From: Raja brachyura | Lineage: Eukaryota | Assembly (NCBI GenBank): GCA_963514005.1 | Contig: OY740808.1 | Coordinates: forward strand, 12,586,001 to 12,650,000 | DNA length: 64,000 bases | Reading direction: 5' to 3' | Shown here: piece by piece, positions 24,488 through 38,200 of the stretch | Layout of the letters: each line of letters starts with the position of its first letter | How positions within the stretch are numbered: the stretch's first letter is position 1 | Translations under genes and position numbers: made by a program | Notes under the pieces: model-generated | Seen by the model: only the letters and a program-made list of their open reading frames with translations | The model's database searches: none | What the model was told of the DNA's origin: nothing

Positions 24488-27400
24488 ACAGTCTCAAAAT
24501 ATTAACATTTGTAATGAAATGTTGAACAGAACGGGGTGGTGACGTTCAATGAGATGCGACTGTGAGATGCTGGAATCTTCAGTGAAACGCACAATGCTGG
24601 AGGAGATGGTCTCGTAAGGACATTTCGGATCGCGAACCTTCTTTAGACTCTGGAAAAGGGTCCCCACCAAAACATAACATAGCCATGCACTCCAAAGGTG
24701 CTGCGCGATCTGCTGAATTACTCTAGCAATGAAGTAGAGGTTCATCACATTAACAAATTAATGGAAGTGAAGTATTAAAGCAATCTAGATATTCTCTAAA
24801 ATAAATAAGATTAGGTATTTAAATAGAGTTTTATCGTTTTACGCAGGGAAGATGGACATTGCATAGAAGCCACAGCTGAAGAATAACGGGGTTAATGACT
24901 CACAAACATTCACTTCCGTGTGGAATGTTTCATGTAGGCGAAGTGCGCTTCCAAATTGCTCGGTTGCAGCAAAACTGCATACATTGTGGTGACTCAGCGA
25001 GAGGTAGCATTACCAGGGCAGACTGGTCGAGAAGCAATCTGTTCCCGCCGGTTAGCCCGGAGATTATGTAACAGTGCAATTTCAGGTAAAGATGAAAGGC
25101 CAGAAGACTATGATCCTTAATACGTCAAATATAGGGATGTGATGTGCACACTGTAATCGTTAAGGACAACCTTCTCTGGAATTATTGCCGTCCTTTTGGC
25201 GAAGATATAGCTCCAACCCACTAGGAATACCATTCCAGAATGTACTTCTTACAATGTTATTGAAATCGACTTTCTTGCAATCCAGAAACCTAACTTCGGG
25301 ACTAGTCTTACCCCTTCCTATGAATACCCAAACATAAGGGTAAAATGCTATGGTTTCGGACCCTCAAAATATCAGATCACTGATGCTTCATCCTCTTACC
25401 CGGCTTCATTTATTTGTCAGTGGGTCCAGCATTGGCACAGAAAGCACTCCTATATAGTATTTTATCTACCACGCCTATTCCTTTCACAGGCCTGTGATCA
25501 CAAATGATATTAGAGGTATTTGGTGAAGGGGTATTAGAAGTATTTCTTTAACGTGTACTGTCCAAAGAAGGAAAATGATGCATGTATTAGAGGTCATATG
25601 CTATCGTGAAACGAGGGCTAGCTATCATGAAACAGAGTGTAGGCAGAATTGGGTCTGGTTTTGATTTGTAAGGAGTACCACTGTCGTGTTGCGAGTAAGG
25701 TTGTGCGCCCTCAAACTCAGCTTCGGTTTCCTTACAATATATTTGAATTTCATATGATCTGATCTCTGATGTAGCATACACAGTCATATTCCTTTATTTA
25801 TACCATTGATTGTTCTGTTGGTTGTTTTACTTTTTGCCACAGAGAATTCGACCATCCCTTCAGTTGTTTTCCACATTATCACTATAGTCCAGAATATATT
25901 TCTTTTCAGAGTTATGCTTATCTGAATATTGGTTCATCTTCTCAGTCGAGAAATACCTCTATCGTTATTTGCGGGCAAGTGTCGCAGCTTGGTTATTTGG
26001 CTAAATAACAGTCAATAAAATGAAGGTAAAATAACAGGCATTAAAATGATGGCAAACGTAAGTGGAGCGGCCATAGTAAGTTTGGTTTATTGAGGCTTAA
26101 GCTCAAGAGGCTTCAGTGAGGGTTACCTTCGGATAAGATTTAGTCTGCCACTTTATGTTTGCTTTGCAGCACAACCTGGTCTTGGTGTCATAGAGATGGT
26201 GGCTAGTGTGCTCAACCTGTGGGATGTTGGAACTGAAGCAGATGTAGTGTCTCTGAACATTACATCTGCAGGATGTGTGTCCAGGTGCATGTCCTGAAAG
26301 ATTAGTGATCTTCAGTTGCAATTGGATGACCTCGTGTTCGTCCAGAGAGTGAGCAAGTTATAGTGAGGAGTCATACTGATGTGCTCATACCTGTGGTGCG
26401 GCCAAAGAATAGATGGGTGACCACCATCAAAGGGAATAGGCAGAGGGTTCAGGAATCCTCCGTAGGTATTCCCCTGCAAAACTGCTATATTCTTTTGCAA
26501 CTGTTCAGAACAATATTACATAAAAAAACATTGCATATTAAAACACCATGAAATACATGTAAAATCTTAGTATATCACTTATAAAAGCATCACAAATTAT
26601 ATATTAAAAACAACACAATACATGATTTTAAATCCAGAATAAAAAGATCAATGTCCCACAACGAGACAGCGATACCAGTGTCTCCACAACTTGGATTCGT
26701 AGCGTGTAGTGCGAAACCCTATGTTTGACAAGGCCACGATAATTACATTAGTAGACTCATCTATCCTGCCACTGAATGTATACCTATGATTTCTTAGGAT
26801 AGTTTCTAAAGTACTGACTCCTGCAGCCACAGAAATGTTACTAGCACGCCACCATCTAGGTTTCCTTAGTGGTGTTCTCATGGCATTATCATGGGCCGCT
26901 TTTAGTCTCTGCAAACTTCTCTTTCCGTCGCTCGACCACAGGTGTGCAGTATAGAGTGGTGTGCAATATGCCCTAAAAGCAGGGACATCCTCACCACATC
27001 TGCACACGCACCAAACTTACGCAAGAGAATATTCGCCTGCACATACAGCATAGTCGTTGCCTATAAATATCCTCATCATCTGTCATTTGTTCTGTAATAA
27101 AATGCCCAAGATATTTTACCTTATTATAGACATTGAGATTATTGTCAGACAATTTATAATCAAGAAATGTTAGACATTTATCCACTTTGGTTCTATAGAT
27201 CATAACAGCACTCTTACAAGCATTATAATTAATATCATGTTCCACACGATACTCAGAACATATGGTAAGGAGCTGCTGGAGACCAGTGCTAGATGGACTA
27301 AAGACCACAAGATCGTCTGCATATATAATATGGTTCACTAAAATATTACCAATCATGCACCCAGTATTACAGGCTTTCAATTGCTTGGACAGATAATCAA

Positions 27401-27503
27401 TATAAAGATTAAAAAGGACTGGGGACAAAATTCCCCCTTGTCTAACACCATTGGCAACCCCAAAATGGAGTGAGACCCTATTGCCCCATTTTATTTGCAT
27501 AAT

Positions 27504-28538
27504 GTAGCAATGTTACAAATTTTTGAGATTTTAAAAATCAAGTCTGCAATTTATCCCATCAGATAAAGCATAAAAAGAAGTTTAATTTGACACCTAATTC
27601 ACTTTCATATCTTCAGTATTAAGAACGTTATGGCCATTTTCATACTCGGAAATTAGCATCTCGTTCCCCATTGCCTTTCAATTGACTTAACTCAAAAGCT
27701 GTGATCTGGAACAGCTAAAAGCCCATAACTTTCTTAACAATTAAGTGAACTCAATGAATTTTTCAGTTATTATAGATTGACGCATTCTGAAACAAATATG
27801 AAAAAATCTTACTTGGATGACCTGAAATTAAAGCATATAATTAGTTAGTTATCTAATTGTAGCTAATTACAAAATTCAATGAGTAGATCTAAACATCTAT
27901 CCATTTCTTAAGAAAAGATAAACTTTTTAAAAATTGCCTAAGTGTTCAAATAACATTCACACAATAATCCACAATATAACATAATTTTTAATCTCATTTT
28001 CATGAATTTCTGGGCCAAATGGAAGGAATTTAGTGTTTGATTCCTGTAAATTAATGGCTATTTAAATCAACTAGCGAGTGGATTTTAGTGGAATGCGGTG
28101 GATTGGAACGTTGCGGTTAGCGGTGAAGTCGGGAGGAAAAATACTGTTTGTTGATACATTTTTTTGGACCCCATTTCGCAACATGAAAATGTTATTAAAG
28201 CCTCCCGAAAAACAAACATTTAGTATAAAAATAAACTATTTACCTTTTTTTCTCCCCTACGCAAAATCCTTCCGGTTGTCGGCGCTCACGGCTTTTGAAG
28301 GTGATTTTTAAATTAATCTAGTTAATAAATAATTTAGAGTAATTTAAAAATACCTTCATTCATGAAATGTCCGAGCGATATTTCTTCCGCAACGAAATCG
28401 CCCGACATTCATCGATTTTTCCTGCCTGTGGAAAAACGGCACTTTCAGCTCGCCCCCCTCTGAAAGGCGCCAAAGTCGCGCACACGGGTAGCGGCAGAAC
28501 TGCAGCGCTGCTCAAGGTAAGTTTTGTAACATACCTAC
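27504..28538. mobile_element. About 1.0-kb non-autonomous TIR DNA transposon, superfamily undetermined (unit 2 only)
   Basis: TIRs GTAGCAATGTTACAAA and (reverse complement) GTAGGTATGTTACAAA. Flanking duplication ATAAT (could be read as 3-7 bp). Empty site atttgcataatctggtgc at about 49222. Confidence 0.8.
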
Positions 28539-31500
28539 ATAATGTGGTGCGCATAACACTATCCAGAATTCTCACAATCTATTTAGGCACCCCTCTTTGA
28601 CTCATTTTAACAAACAGCTTTCTATGCAGATAAGAAACACCATCAATAAAGAACACAATAATTGAAGAGTTGTTGCCTCTATATTTGTTTACAATCTCCT
28701 TTAGGTCATATATGCACGTCAGTGCCATGTTTAGCTTTAAAACCAAACTGGTTATCTGTCGAGTTAACAAACTAATTTACTCTATCCAGTAGAATAATAT
28801 CTAAGGCTTTTGACAATATGCTGGCCAAAGCAATGGACCTGTAATTATTTAGGCTACCCACTTTACCAGTTTTGGCCTTAATGACCAGCACTAGCAGAAC
28901 TGATAACATTGAGGCTGGTAACAATGAATCATAAAGCCAGTAAAGAAAATAGCAAGTAGAAGAGCTATCCTTATACTAGCATACTTAAGATGTTCAGCAG
29001 AAATATGATCCAAGCCACTTGCTTTGTTGTTGGACAGCTTGTTCATGACATGTTACACCTCATGTGACATAATCACCACTGAGTCATTATTCTCAATATT
29101 GTCCACCCTATACAAATCATCTTGGACACAGTTGAATAAAGTGCTATAATGTTGTCATAACGTTCTGTAATGTTGCCATAACATGGTGACATTAGGTAAT
29201 CCGGAGATACCATCTACGGTGCATGGTACAGATGTTTTGCAACTGTTAGGAGCTCTCACGTCTTTCCAAAACTCAGTATCATTGTTACTTAGCAGCTTCT
29301 TAGCCATGGAATCAGCCTTCATAGCTTGCTCATGTTTACAGATGAAGCGAACAGCATACTTATATCTTGTACTAGAGAGCTTCTTTTACTCAAACACATA
29401 TGTGGAAAACTGGATGAGGTCCTATAGAGGAGTTAAACAAGTTTGGAAAAAAGTTAGGAAAATGGATGGGGTTCTGCAGAGAGAATATAGGGAGTTCAGC
29501 CAATATAATGAAGAGCAATGAGGTCCCACGGAGTGTCTTTGGGGAGATAGGTAAACGGTCAAAATTACCACCTACTGGGTGGTAATCTCTAGATCACTAC
29601 ATTTGCCACGTTAGTGAGGGTAGCATTAGGAGGATAGGGCAGATGAATGCATGGCTGAGGAGCAGGGGAAAGGATTCAGATTGGCTGAGGTGCAGGGGAA
29701 AGGATTCAGATTGTAGACCATTGAGATTTCCATTGCTGCAAAGGCAACTTGCAGAAGAGGGACAGGTTGCACTTGAACTGAAGGGACACCAACATCCTTG
29801 CAGTGAAGTTTGCTCGTGAGAATTTAAGCTAAAATGGACAGAGAATGGGAATGAAAGGAGCAAGTTTGCAATTGGAAAGGCTGATGAGAAAGTGGAGGTT
29901 ATAACAAATAAGTCTCAAAGGAAAGATGGGCAGGGAGTGGTTCATGATTATGGGGTAATTAAGGGATGACATGTTTACTTCAATGCAAGGAGTATTGTAT
30001 ATAAAGCTAAATGAACTTAGATAGTCGAGATTAGTGCTTGGAGTAATAATGCTGTGGCCATTATGAAAACTTGTTTGTGGGAGAGATAAGACTGGCAGTT
30101 CAATGTATCAGGGCTTCGATATTTGAGATTACGGTACTCAGAGGGGACATACTGGAGCGTACTTATATTGAGGCATATGGGTTGTGCTTAAAAATAACAA
30201 AGGAACGGTCTCTCCAATTGGATTATATTATGGGACACCCAATAATCAGCGGAAGATGGATCGGATATGCAAACAGACGCATGAACTACAGTATTGTTGT
30301 ATTGTTGTAGTGGGTATCGTTAACGTGCTCAATATTGAATGTATTATGTTCAGTGAAAGGGGGTTACATGAGGCAGAATTTATGAAGTATATCCAAGAAA
30401 TTTGCCTTAAACGGTGTATGGATGGTCTGAATCCAGGAGGGACGATACTGGACCTTGTGTTGGGAAATTAGCTTGGCCAGGTGACTGGTGGTATGCTGGA
30501 AGAGCACTTGGGGATAGTGGCCACAGCTTTGCAAGGTTTAATATTGGTTTGGATAAGGATTGGTCTGGATGTTCACAGTAGCACAACAGATTAAAATGTC
30601 ATTCGGCAGGAGCTTGTGAGCAGATGTTATTGAGTATGTCCACAGCTAACATATGGAAATTCTTTAACCAAAGTACAGGATCAGCATGTTCCAATAAAGA
30701 AGATGGGTAACCATTGCATGATATGGGTACCGTGAATGACCACGGCGGTTATAAACCTTTTCAGAAAACGGAAGCGTATGTCAAATTTAACAAAGTGGCA
30801 TCATACGGGGATTGTGAGGAATGGCAAGTAGCAAAAAGCTCAACCGGGCGATTAGTAGGGCCAAACTGGTCATGAAATGTAATTGATGAGTTGGGAAAGG
30901 GAAAATCCTGCATCTTTTTATACATATGTTAAAAACAAGAAGGGTGCCAAGAGATACGGTAGGTCTGATCAAAGATAAAGGATGTAGTGCAATTGTTAAA
31001 TGAATGTGTTTTGCATCTGTATTCACCAAGGAGAAAGACGTGGATGACGGTGAGATCAGTGTGGAGAATACAGATATGCTAGGCCACATATGCTGGGGCT
31101 TGAGATCGAAAAGCGCGGCAGTGAGGGTCTTGAGGAACATTGAGTTGTATGGGTCCCCTGCACACGTTGGTATCTATCCCAGTTTATCGAGGGATGCGAG
31201 GGGTGATTCCAGGGGTCCTGACAAGAAATGTCGTTCCTTCTCTAGCCACAGGCGAGCACGAAGAGGTCTGGAAAATGACCAGTTATTCATTTGTTGATTG
31301 AGACGTAGAAATTATCCAGGGAAATAGAGGCTGGTGAGACTCGCGTCAGTGGTAGGAAACTATTGGAGGTAATTCATTGAGATTTACTCCCATTTGAAGG
31401 AGAATGAGCTGGTTAGCGATAGGCATGGCTGTCCATAAGACAATAGCCAAAAGACAATAGGTGCAGAAGTAGGCCATACGGCTCTTCAAGCCAGCACCGC

Positions 31501-33321
31501 CATTCAATGTGATCATGGCTGATCATCCACAATCAGTACCCCGTTCCTGCCTTCTCCCCATGTCCCTTGACTCCGCTATCTTCAATCCTATCTAGCAATC
31601 TCTTGAAAGTTTCCAGAGAACCGGCCTCCACCGCCCTCTGGGGCAGAGAATGCCACAGATTAACAACTCTCTGTGTGAAACAGTGTTTCCCATCACCGTT
31701 CTAAATAGCTTATACCTTGTTCTTAAATTATGGCCCCTGGTTCTGGACTCCCCCAACATCGGGTACATGTTTCGTGCCTCTGGCGCGTCCAACCCCTTAA
31801 TAATTTAATGTGGTTCAATACAAAGTGAAGATTAAATTGGCGTTGGCCAGGCAGACAGGGAGAGCCCAACCACTTCGGATGAAAAGCTTTGGTCGGACAA
31901 ATCCATGGCACTTTGCAGGTCAAATAAGATTTCGGAGTTTCTGAAGAAAATGTTGCATTTTGTCGAATAGCCGTGAAAAGCTGTGTGAATGTTATCTTTA
32001 AAATATGAGGAATGGGTAATGGGGAATGGGCAAAGATTTTCTACAGTTAGCGAATTTCAATATATTGAGTTGGGCAATTATTACTGGTTGAATAAAACAC
32101 AAAGTGATCGAATATCTCGACGGGTCACGCAGCATCTGGCCTAAACGTCGCCTATCGATTTATTTCACAATTGCAACCTGAACCGCCGAGTATTCCAGCA
32201 GCTTGTGAATCCAGCAGATGTGGTTCTCTTTGTCTTAAATTGGTACTCCTTATCTACCTTGAGTAGCCGAAACGCTGACTTAACAGGGCGACTCAGAGGA
32301 ATGAGAGAAATTAGGATTGTTGTACGCAATTATAGGCAATTCATGATGAGCTACTAATCTAGCCGATGTTTCTGGTGGTTGTTATCGAGGACGTTTATGA
32401 CCGGTGCCTTTAAGCACTAAAAACACGAATGATCATTTATAGAGGCGGAACGAGAGCATTGTTCGTGCACAAATGGCAGTGATAGCAATGTAGATAACTG
32501 GAGCACTTGCTGCTATTCAGAAGGACTTGAAATTGCAGGCTGTCAGTTCAATTTGAAGACAAGATGAGCGAAAGCAGTTTGCAGTATTGAGATACAGAGG
32601 TGCACCAACTGATCTTCGCCTGCTAAAGAGAAAATCAGATTTGGTTCATAATTCATTAATTAGATAGGAGTGAAACAATGCAGAGCCAAGTCAATATCAT
32701 TTATGCACATGTGGACAGGAATTTGCGTCTTGGGGGTTTGGTGTCAAGGGCAGCACCTAACTACGGAATAGAAGGGCTCAGTGTTACTTTCAGAGATCAC
32801 AAAATAATGAGATATTAGAAAGGGAGGTAATTGCTGTGATATTATTGATATTATCGGAGATGTCCAAAAGGAATTAAGCGAAGGCCTTCCATGCAGTTGA
32901 ACATTCTAGGAGGAGCCTTGTCGAGAGGCAAACTCCATTGAGAACCAATAGTTCCGAGTCACGGTCATGGTCACAAAATTGATTTCTGCGTTTGTTTGTT
33001 TGTGGTTTATTATTATTGTCACGTGTCTCCCTTTTGCCAAATTCAAACCGGGAACATAAGAAGAAGGAATAAGTAAGTTGTTCAAGGCTTCACCGGGAGT
33101 CCTGGGTTGAACGCCATTGAAACTCCAGTGTCACGCCCCTTTCCCAACTCCCTTGAATCGCTTAAAGTTCTTTCGATATCAATATGTTTGGGTATCGGCA
33201 AGCATATGGAGTAAAGTATCCAAAACATTATAATCGCATCCAGCCAAGAATACTTTACTTTTCAGTCCTGATTACCCAACCCATAGTCTGAAGATGAAAT
33301 CAGGCAGAAAGATAAAATCGA

Positions 33322-34659
33322 TCCCACAAAACTGAATTAAAAAAAAACCTATAATGAAAATCCTATAATATATAGTGGTATACGAATTTGGAAACAATTA
33401 AAAAAAACTTTAAAATTGGATAATTTATCTCTCTTTCTCCCCATTGTAAATAATCCTTGATTTAAAACTTCTGTGTTGGATAAAGGTTTTGTACAATGGA
33501 AAAATTCAGGAATTAAAAAGGTGGGACATCTTCATAGAAAATATATTTGTCTTTCATTTCAGGAGTTACAACAGAATTATGAACTACATTCAAATTTTTT
33601 TTAGATACTTACAACTTAGACATTATGTTAAATCACATACACAAGAATACAGAATATAGAGCCAGAGACTCTTGATGAATGTTTGAATAAACATCCTAAC
33701 ACAGATAAATTAATATCTCACATTTATAATACTCTTTTAGATAGTGAGGTACCGTCGACGGAATTACATAGACAAGCATGGGAAAATGAATTAGCTCAAC
33801 CTATAATGAAAGGTACTTGGGATGAAAGTTGACAACATATACATCAATGCTCGTTAAATGCCAAACACTCTTTAATGCAATTTAAAGTGCTACATCGACT
33901 GCATTACTCTGAAACAAAATTAAATAGAATGTTTCCAAATATCTCCCCTATCTGTGACAAATGTCAATATTCAGCGGCTAATTTAAGTCATACTTTTATA
34001 AATTGTATAACAATTAAACATTTCTGGACGGATATTTTAAAAAATATTTCTGAAGTTGTAAATATCCAATTGGACCCTGACCCCAAACTAATAATATTAG
34101 GAATATCAGAACAAAGCCTGAAACTCACAACAAGCCAAATACATTTCATTGATTATAGTATAACAATCGGAAAAAAATTAATATAAATTTTTTTGGAAAA
34201 CCCGATGACCCACACTTTTAAAATGTGGATTATGGAGATGTCGGAGACCTTACATTTGGAAACAATGAGACTTGTCTTCATTGACAAACCAGAATTAGTT
34301 GCTAGAATATGGTCTCCTTGCATAGATTATTTGAAAGGGTAAATTGGTGCAGCACAGGGGCCTGACTGAAAATTGAATCCAGGATTAGAGGAATAGTTAC
34401 GTTTTATAACATAACTCCTAACCTGTATTATTGATAATTTATTCTACATTTTTCATTCTTTTTCTTTCTTTATTATCTTTCTATCTATAAATAAAAATAA
34501 ACAATTATAAGCAGTGTTAATATGTAATTGATAAATGAGGACCTGAGCTATTTTGACAGCTGGGACCCCAGCTACTAACAACATGTAATTGATAAACAAA
34601 GTGTGTTTTGGTTCCTATTACGATACGTATATGCTTCTAATAAAAAAATATTATTATAA
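33322..34659 (+). mobile_element. L1/Tx1-clade LINE 3' fragment with 16-bp TSD
   Basis: QFKVLHRLHY...CDKC...LSHTFINC cysteine-rich C-terminus, then AATAAA and an A-rich tail. TSD agaaa(g/t)ataaaatcga at 33306-33321 and 34660-34675. Confidence 0.85.
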
Positions 34660-36171
34660 AGAAATATAAAATCGAGTTAGAAATCACTTAAGCGGTCAAT
34701 TAGAAGAGCCAAAAGGGGGCATGAAACGGGTTTGTCGAGCTAGATTAAAGAAGATCGCAAGGCTTTTTATACCAAATGAAATGCAAGAGGGTAACCAAAA
34801 AGATGGTAACTCGAGGAGAAAGGGAGGAATTTGTGCTTTGAATCTAGGGATATAGGCGAGGTATTAAATTAGTACGTTGTATGTCTCTTCACCAAAGAGA
34901 AGCACAAGGAGGAGAGTGAGATCAATGTGGCGAATATTCTTATGCAAGGGCACGATGTGATTAAGAAGTGGGTGTTGGGTGTCTTGAGGGGCAGCGTGCA
35001 TGAATGGACAGATTATTGAGACACACAAAAGACAAGTTTGCAGTAGCCATGACAACGATCTCTGAGCCTTCTCTAGCAGTTAATAAGTTTACAGATGACA
35101 GGTAGATTGTTTGGGTTGCGGACAGTGAGGAATGTTGGCAATGTATACAACAGGATAGACACTAAGTATAAAAATGAGAGATGAAATGATAGATGCAAAT
35201 TAACCAGAGCATTTAAGTGCTGGGGGAGGGGTCGATTGTAAGGGGAAATATACCCCCTTGCTGCCTGACCCGCTGAGTTACTCCAGCATTTTGTGTCTAC
35301 TTTCCATTTATAACAACAGTATTGATGTACAGAGGAATTTTGGGAACCAAGTCTATGTGTCCCTCAGTGGCAACACCACTCTATAGAGTGGTGAAAAGGC
35401 ATATTTTATGTTTTCCTTCATTGGGCATGGCATTCATGATAAGGGCAGGCGTCATGATGCTCCAGTTAAGACTTTTGTTAGGCTGCATTTCGTGTACTGT
35501 CATCATTTCCTGTCGCCCCAATATTAGATGGAAGTGGAGGCCTTGGAAAAGGCGCAGAGGATATTTACCTGAATTAGGGGTATTAACTACGAGCAGAGGT
35601 TGGACAAAATTGGGTTGTTTTCTCTGTAACCGTTGACGACGAGGGGAGGCCTCCTGGAAATATATAACATTATGAGAGTCATAGATAGGGCAGAGAATCA
35701 TAACCATTTCCCCCCATAATGGAAATATCAAGGACTAGATGACATCGCTTTAAGGTTATAGACGCATGGACATTTTATATACAGAGGTTGGTGAGGACCC
35801 GGAAGGCGTTGGCGAGCGTGGTGGTGGCGGCATAAGCAACAGTGGCATTTGTAAGAATTCTGGATAGGGATGACGTGCACACAGATAAAATTTGGTTTTG
35901 GCATCGTGTCGGCAAAGGCATGGAGCGCCGAAAGGCTTGTTCGTGTGCTGTGCTGTACTATGTTCTGCGCTTTGTGGATACTCATTAATCAGGAGAAATA
36001 ACGTCTGCACCTTTCCTGCCAAGACCACTAAGAGTTTTACATATTACAGTGGCTGATATTTTATATATTGTAGGGCGGCACAGTGGCGCACCTGGTAGAG
36101 CAGCTGCCTCGACAGCGCCAGAGACCAGGGCTCGATCCTGAGCTCGGGTGCTGTCTGTGAGGTGTTTACAC

Positions 36172-36961
36172 CTTCAATTCCCTACCGTTTACCATGTAGG
36201 ACGTACATGGTAAACGGTAGGGAATTGAAGAATACAGTTGAACAGAGGGATCTGGGAATAACCGTGCATAGTTCCTTGAAGGTGGAATCTCATACAGATA
36301 GGGTGGTAAAGAAAGCTTTTGGTATGCTAGCCTTTATAAATCAGAGCATTGAGTATAGAAGCTGGGATGTAATGTTAAAATTGTACAAGGCGTTGGTGAG
36401 ACCAAATCTGGAGTATGGTGTACAATTTTGGTCGCCCAATTATAGGAAGGATGTCAACAAAATAGAGAGGGTACAGAGGAGATTTACTAGAATGTTGCCT
36501 GGGTTTCAACAGCTAAGTTACAGAGATAGGTTGAATAAGTTAGGTCTTTATTCTCTGGAGCGCAGAAGGTTAAGGGGGGACTTGATAGAGGTCTTTAAAA
36601 TGATGAGGGGGATAGACAGAGTTAATGTGGACACGCTTTTCCCTTTGAGAATAGGGAAGATTCAAACAAGAGGACATGACTTTAGAATTAAGGGACAGAG
36701 GTTTAGGGGTAACATGAGGGGGAACTTCTTTACTCAGAGAGTGGTAGCGGTGTGGAATGAGCTTCCAGTGGAACTGGTGGCGGCAGGTTCGTTGGTATCA
36801 TTTAAAAATAAATTGGATAGGCATATGGATGAGAAGGGTATGGAGGGTTATGATATGAGTGCAGGCAGGTGGGACTAAGGGAAAAAAAGTTGTTCGGCAC
36901 GGACTTGAAGGGCCGAGATGGCCTGTTTCCGTGCTATAATTGTTATATGGTTATATGGTTA
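36172..36961 (+). mobile_element. Young CR1 3' fragment inserted in an HE1 SINE, with a fold-back 5' end
   Basis: Open RT C-terminus and (TTATATGG)n tail. TACAC duplicated at 36167-36171 and 36962-36966. Confidence 0.92.
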
Positions 36962-37877
36962 TACACATTCTCCCCGTGATGTCGTGTGTTGTCTCCCACA
37001 TCCCAAAGATTGCGGGTTCATAGGTTAATTGGCCTCTGTAAAATTGCCCCCCCCCCCACTGTGTAGGGAGTGGATGAGAAGGTAGGCTGCACTTATCAGT
37101 CGTTTCTCGCAGCGTGCACTTATCCAACTAATCAGCTCAGCAGGAACCAACCCAGAACTTCAGTAGCTCTATTAGGCGAGAACAATAAAACTACATATGA
37201 TACTCCATGTGTGCTAGCCCCCTATATAAAGGCAGAAAGACCATATTACTCTCACTCCCCACCAGCCCCGCCCATTTAATTCACAGATGAAATAGCTTGG
37301 AATTGCTAAGTGAATAGTATCAGCAAGGTCACATATAACGATTACTGTCTGTCCTCGAATGCGTTTCTACATGAGCGCGCCATTTTGTTCGTGTGTGTGC
37401 GTGTGCCTACATGAACCAATTTATAATCACACCAGTTTATAAAATAACGTTCGGCGCCATTTATCACCGGTTCTTCCATAAGGTAAAATAATGAAGGTTG
37501 ATTAAATATGTTTGATTTTCTCTGATCAGAAATAAAAACCCAACAAATGTATTGCTCTTAAGATTGAATTATTGATTTTAGTCGAGAATTGTATTTGAAA
37601 ATGTTAGTAATGTGGGTATGCAAAACAAACCTGAATGTAATCTTTAGACCACTGTCTTTTAATGAATATTTGGTAATGCATTTAACAGATTGAATAACAT
37701 TGGAGTTTCAATTCACAACGAGTTGCTTCGATGGAATGACGTTTGCAAACAGCGAGACAAAGGACAATTTTAACGCAAATGCTAGTCGATAACAGAGAAT
37801 ATTTTTATATCAATTTTTGACAAATGAAAGACGGAGCACAAATATTTTTCAGCTTGATTAGTTGGAATCTAGAAGTT

Positions 37878-38200
37878 TTACTGACAGCCGGACCTGGCGA
37901 TGTTTCCATGCACCGGGCTTGCCAGCGACTCGTGTTTAACCACACAGGAGTAAAGCTCGTGTGAGTTCCAGACTGTGACTGGCAGAGTCAGGTAACTGCT
38001 CGCACTGAACATGTTGTCCGCCTCCTGTTGGATCCGGCTGGTTTCAACGCCATCACTTCTCGCACTGCCGTCCACAGTCCAGTCGATGTCTACAGCACCC
38101 GGATTAAACCCGTTCACCAAACACACAAGGGTGGCGGTTCCCTTTCCCGTCATTTCTTGTGCTGAAGGTCCAAGGACGGACACCGCGGGCGGCTGAGGTT
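37878..38200 (-). CDS. IGL: Ig lambda-type light chain copy 3, constant exon
   Basis: Acceptor AG at 38202-38201. 323 nt, intact C1-set domain, ends RSGCQ*. Confidence 0.95.

Noticed and set aside
27504-28538. Possible Transib/RAG-transposon relic (a 5-bp TSD reading is possible)
   Set aside because: The termini are GTAG, not CAC, with no RSS-like heptamer or nonamer, and the TSD length is ambiguous.
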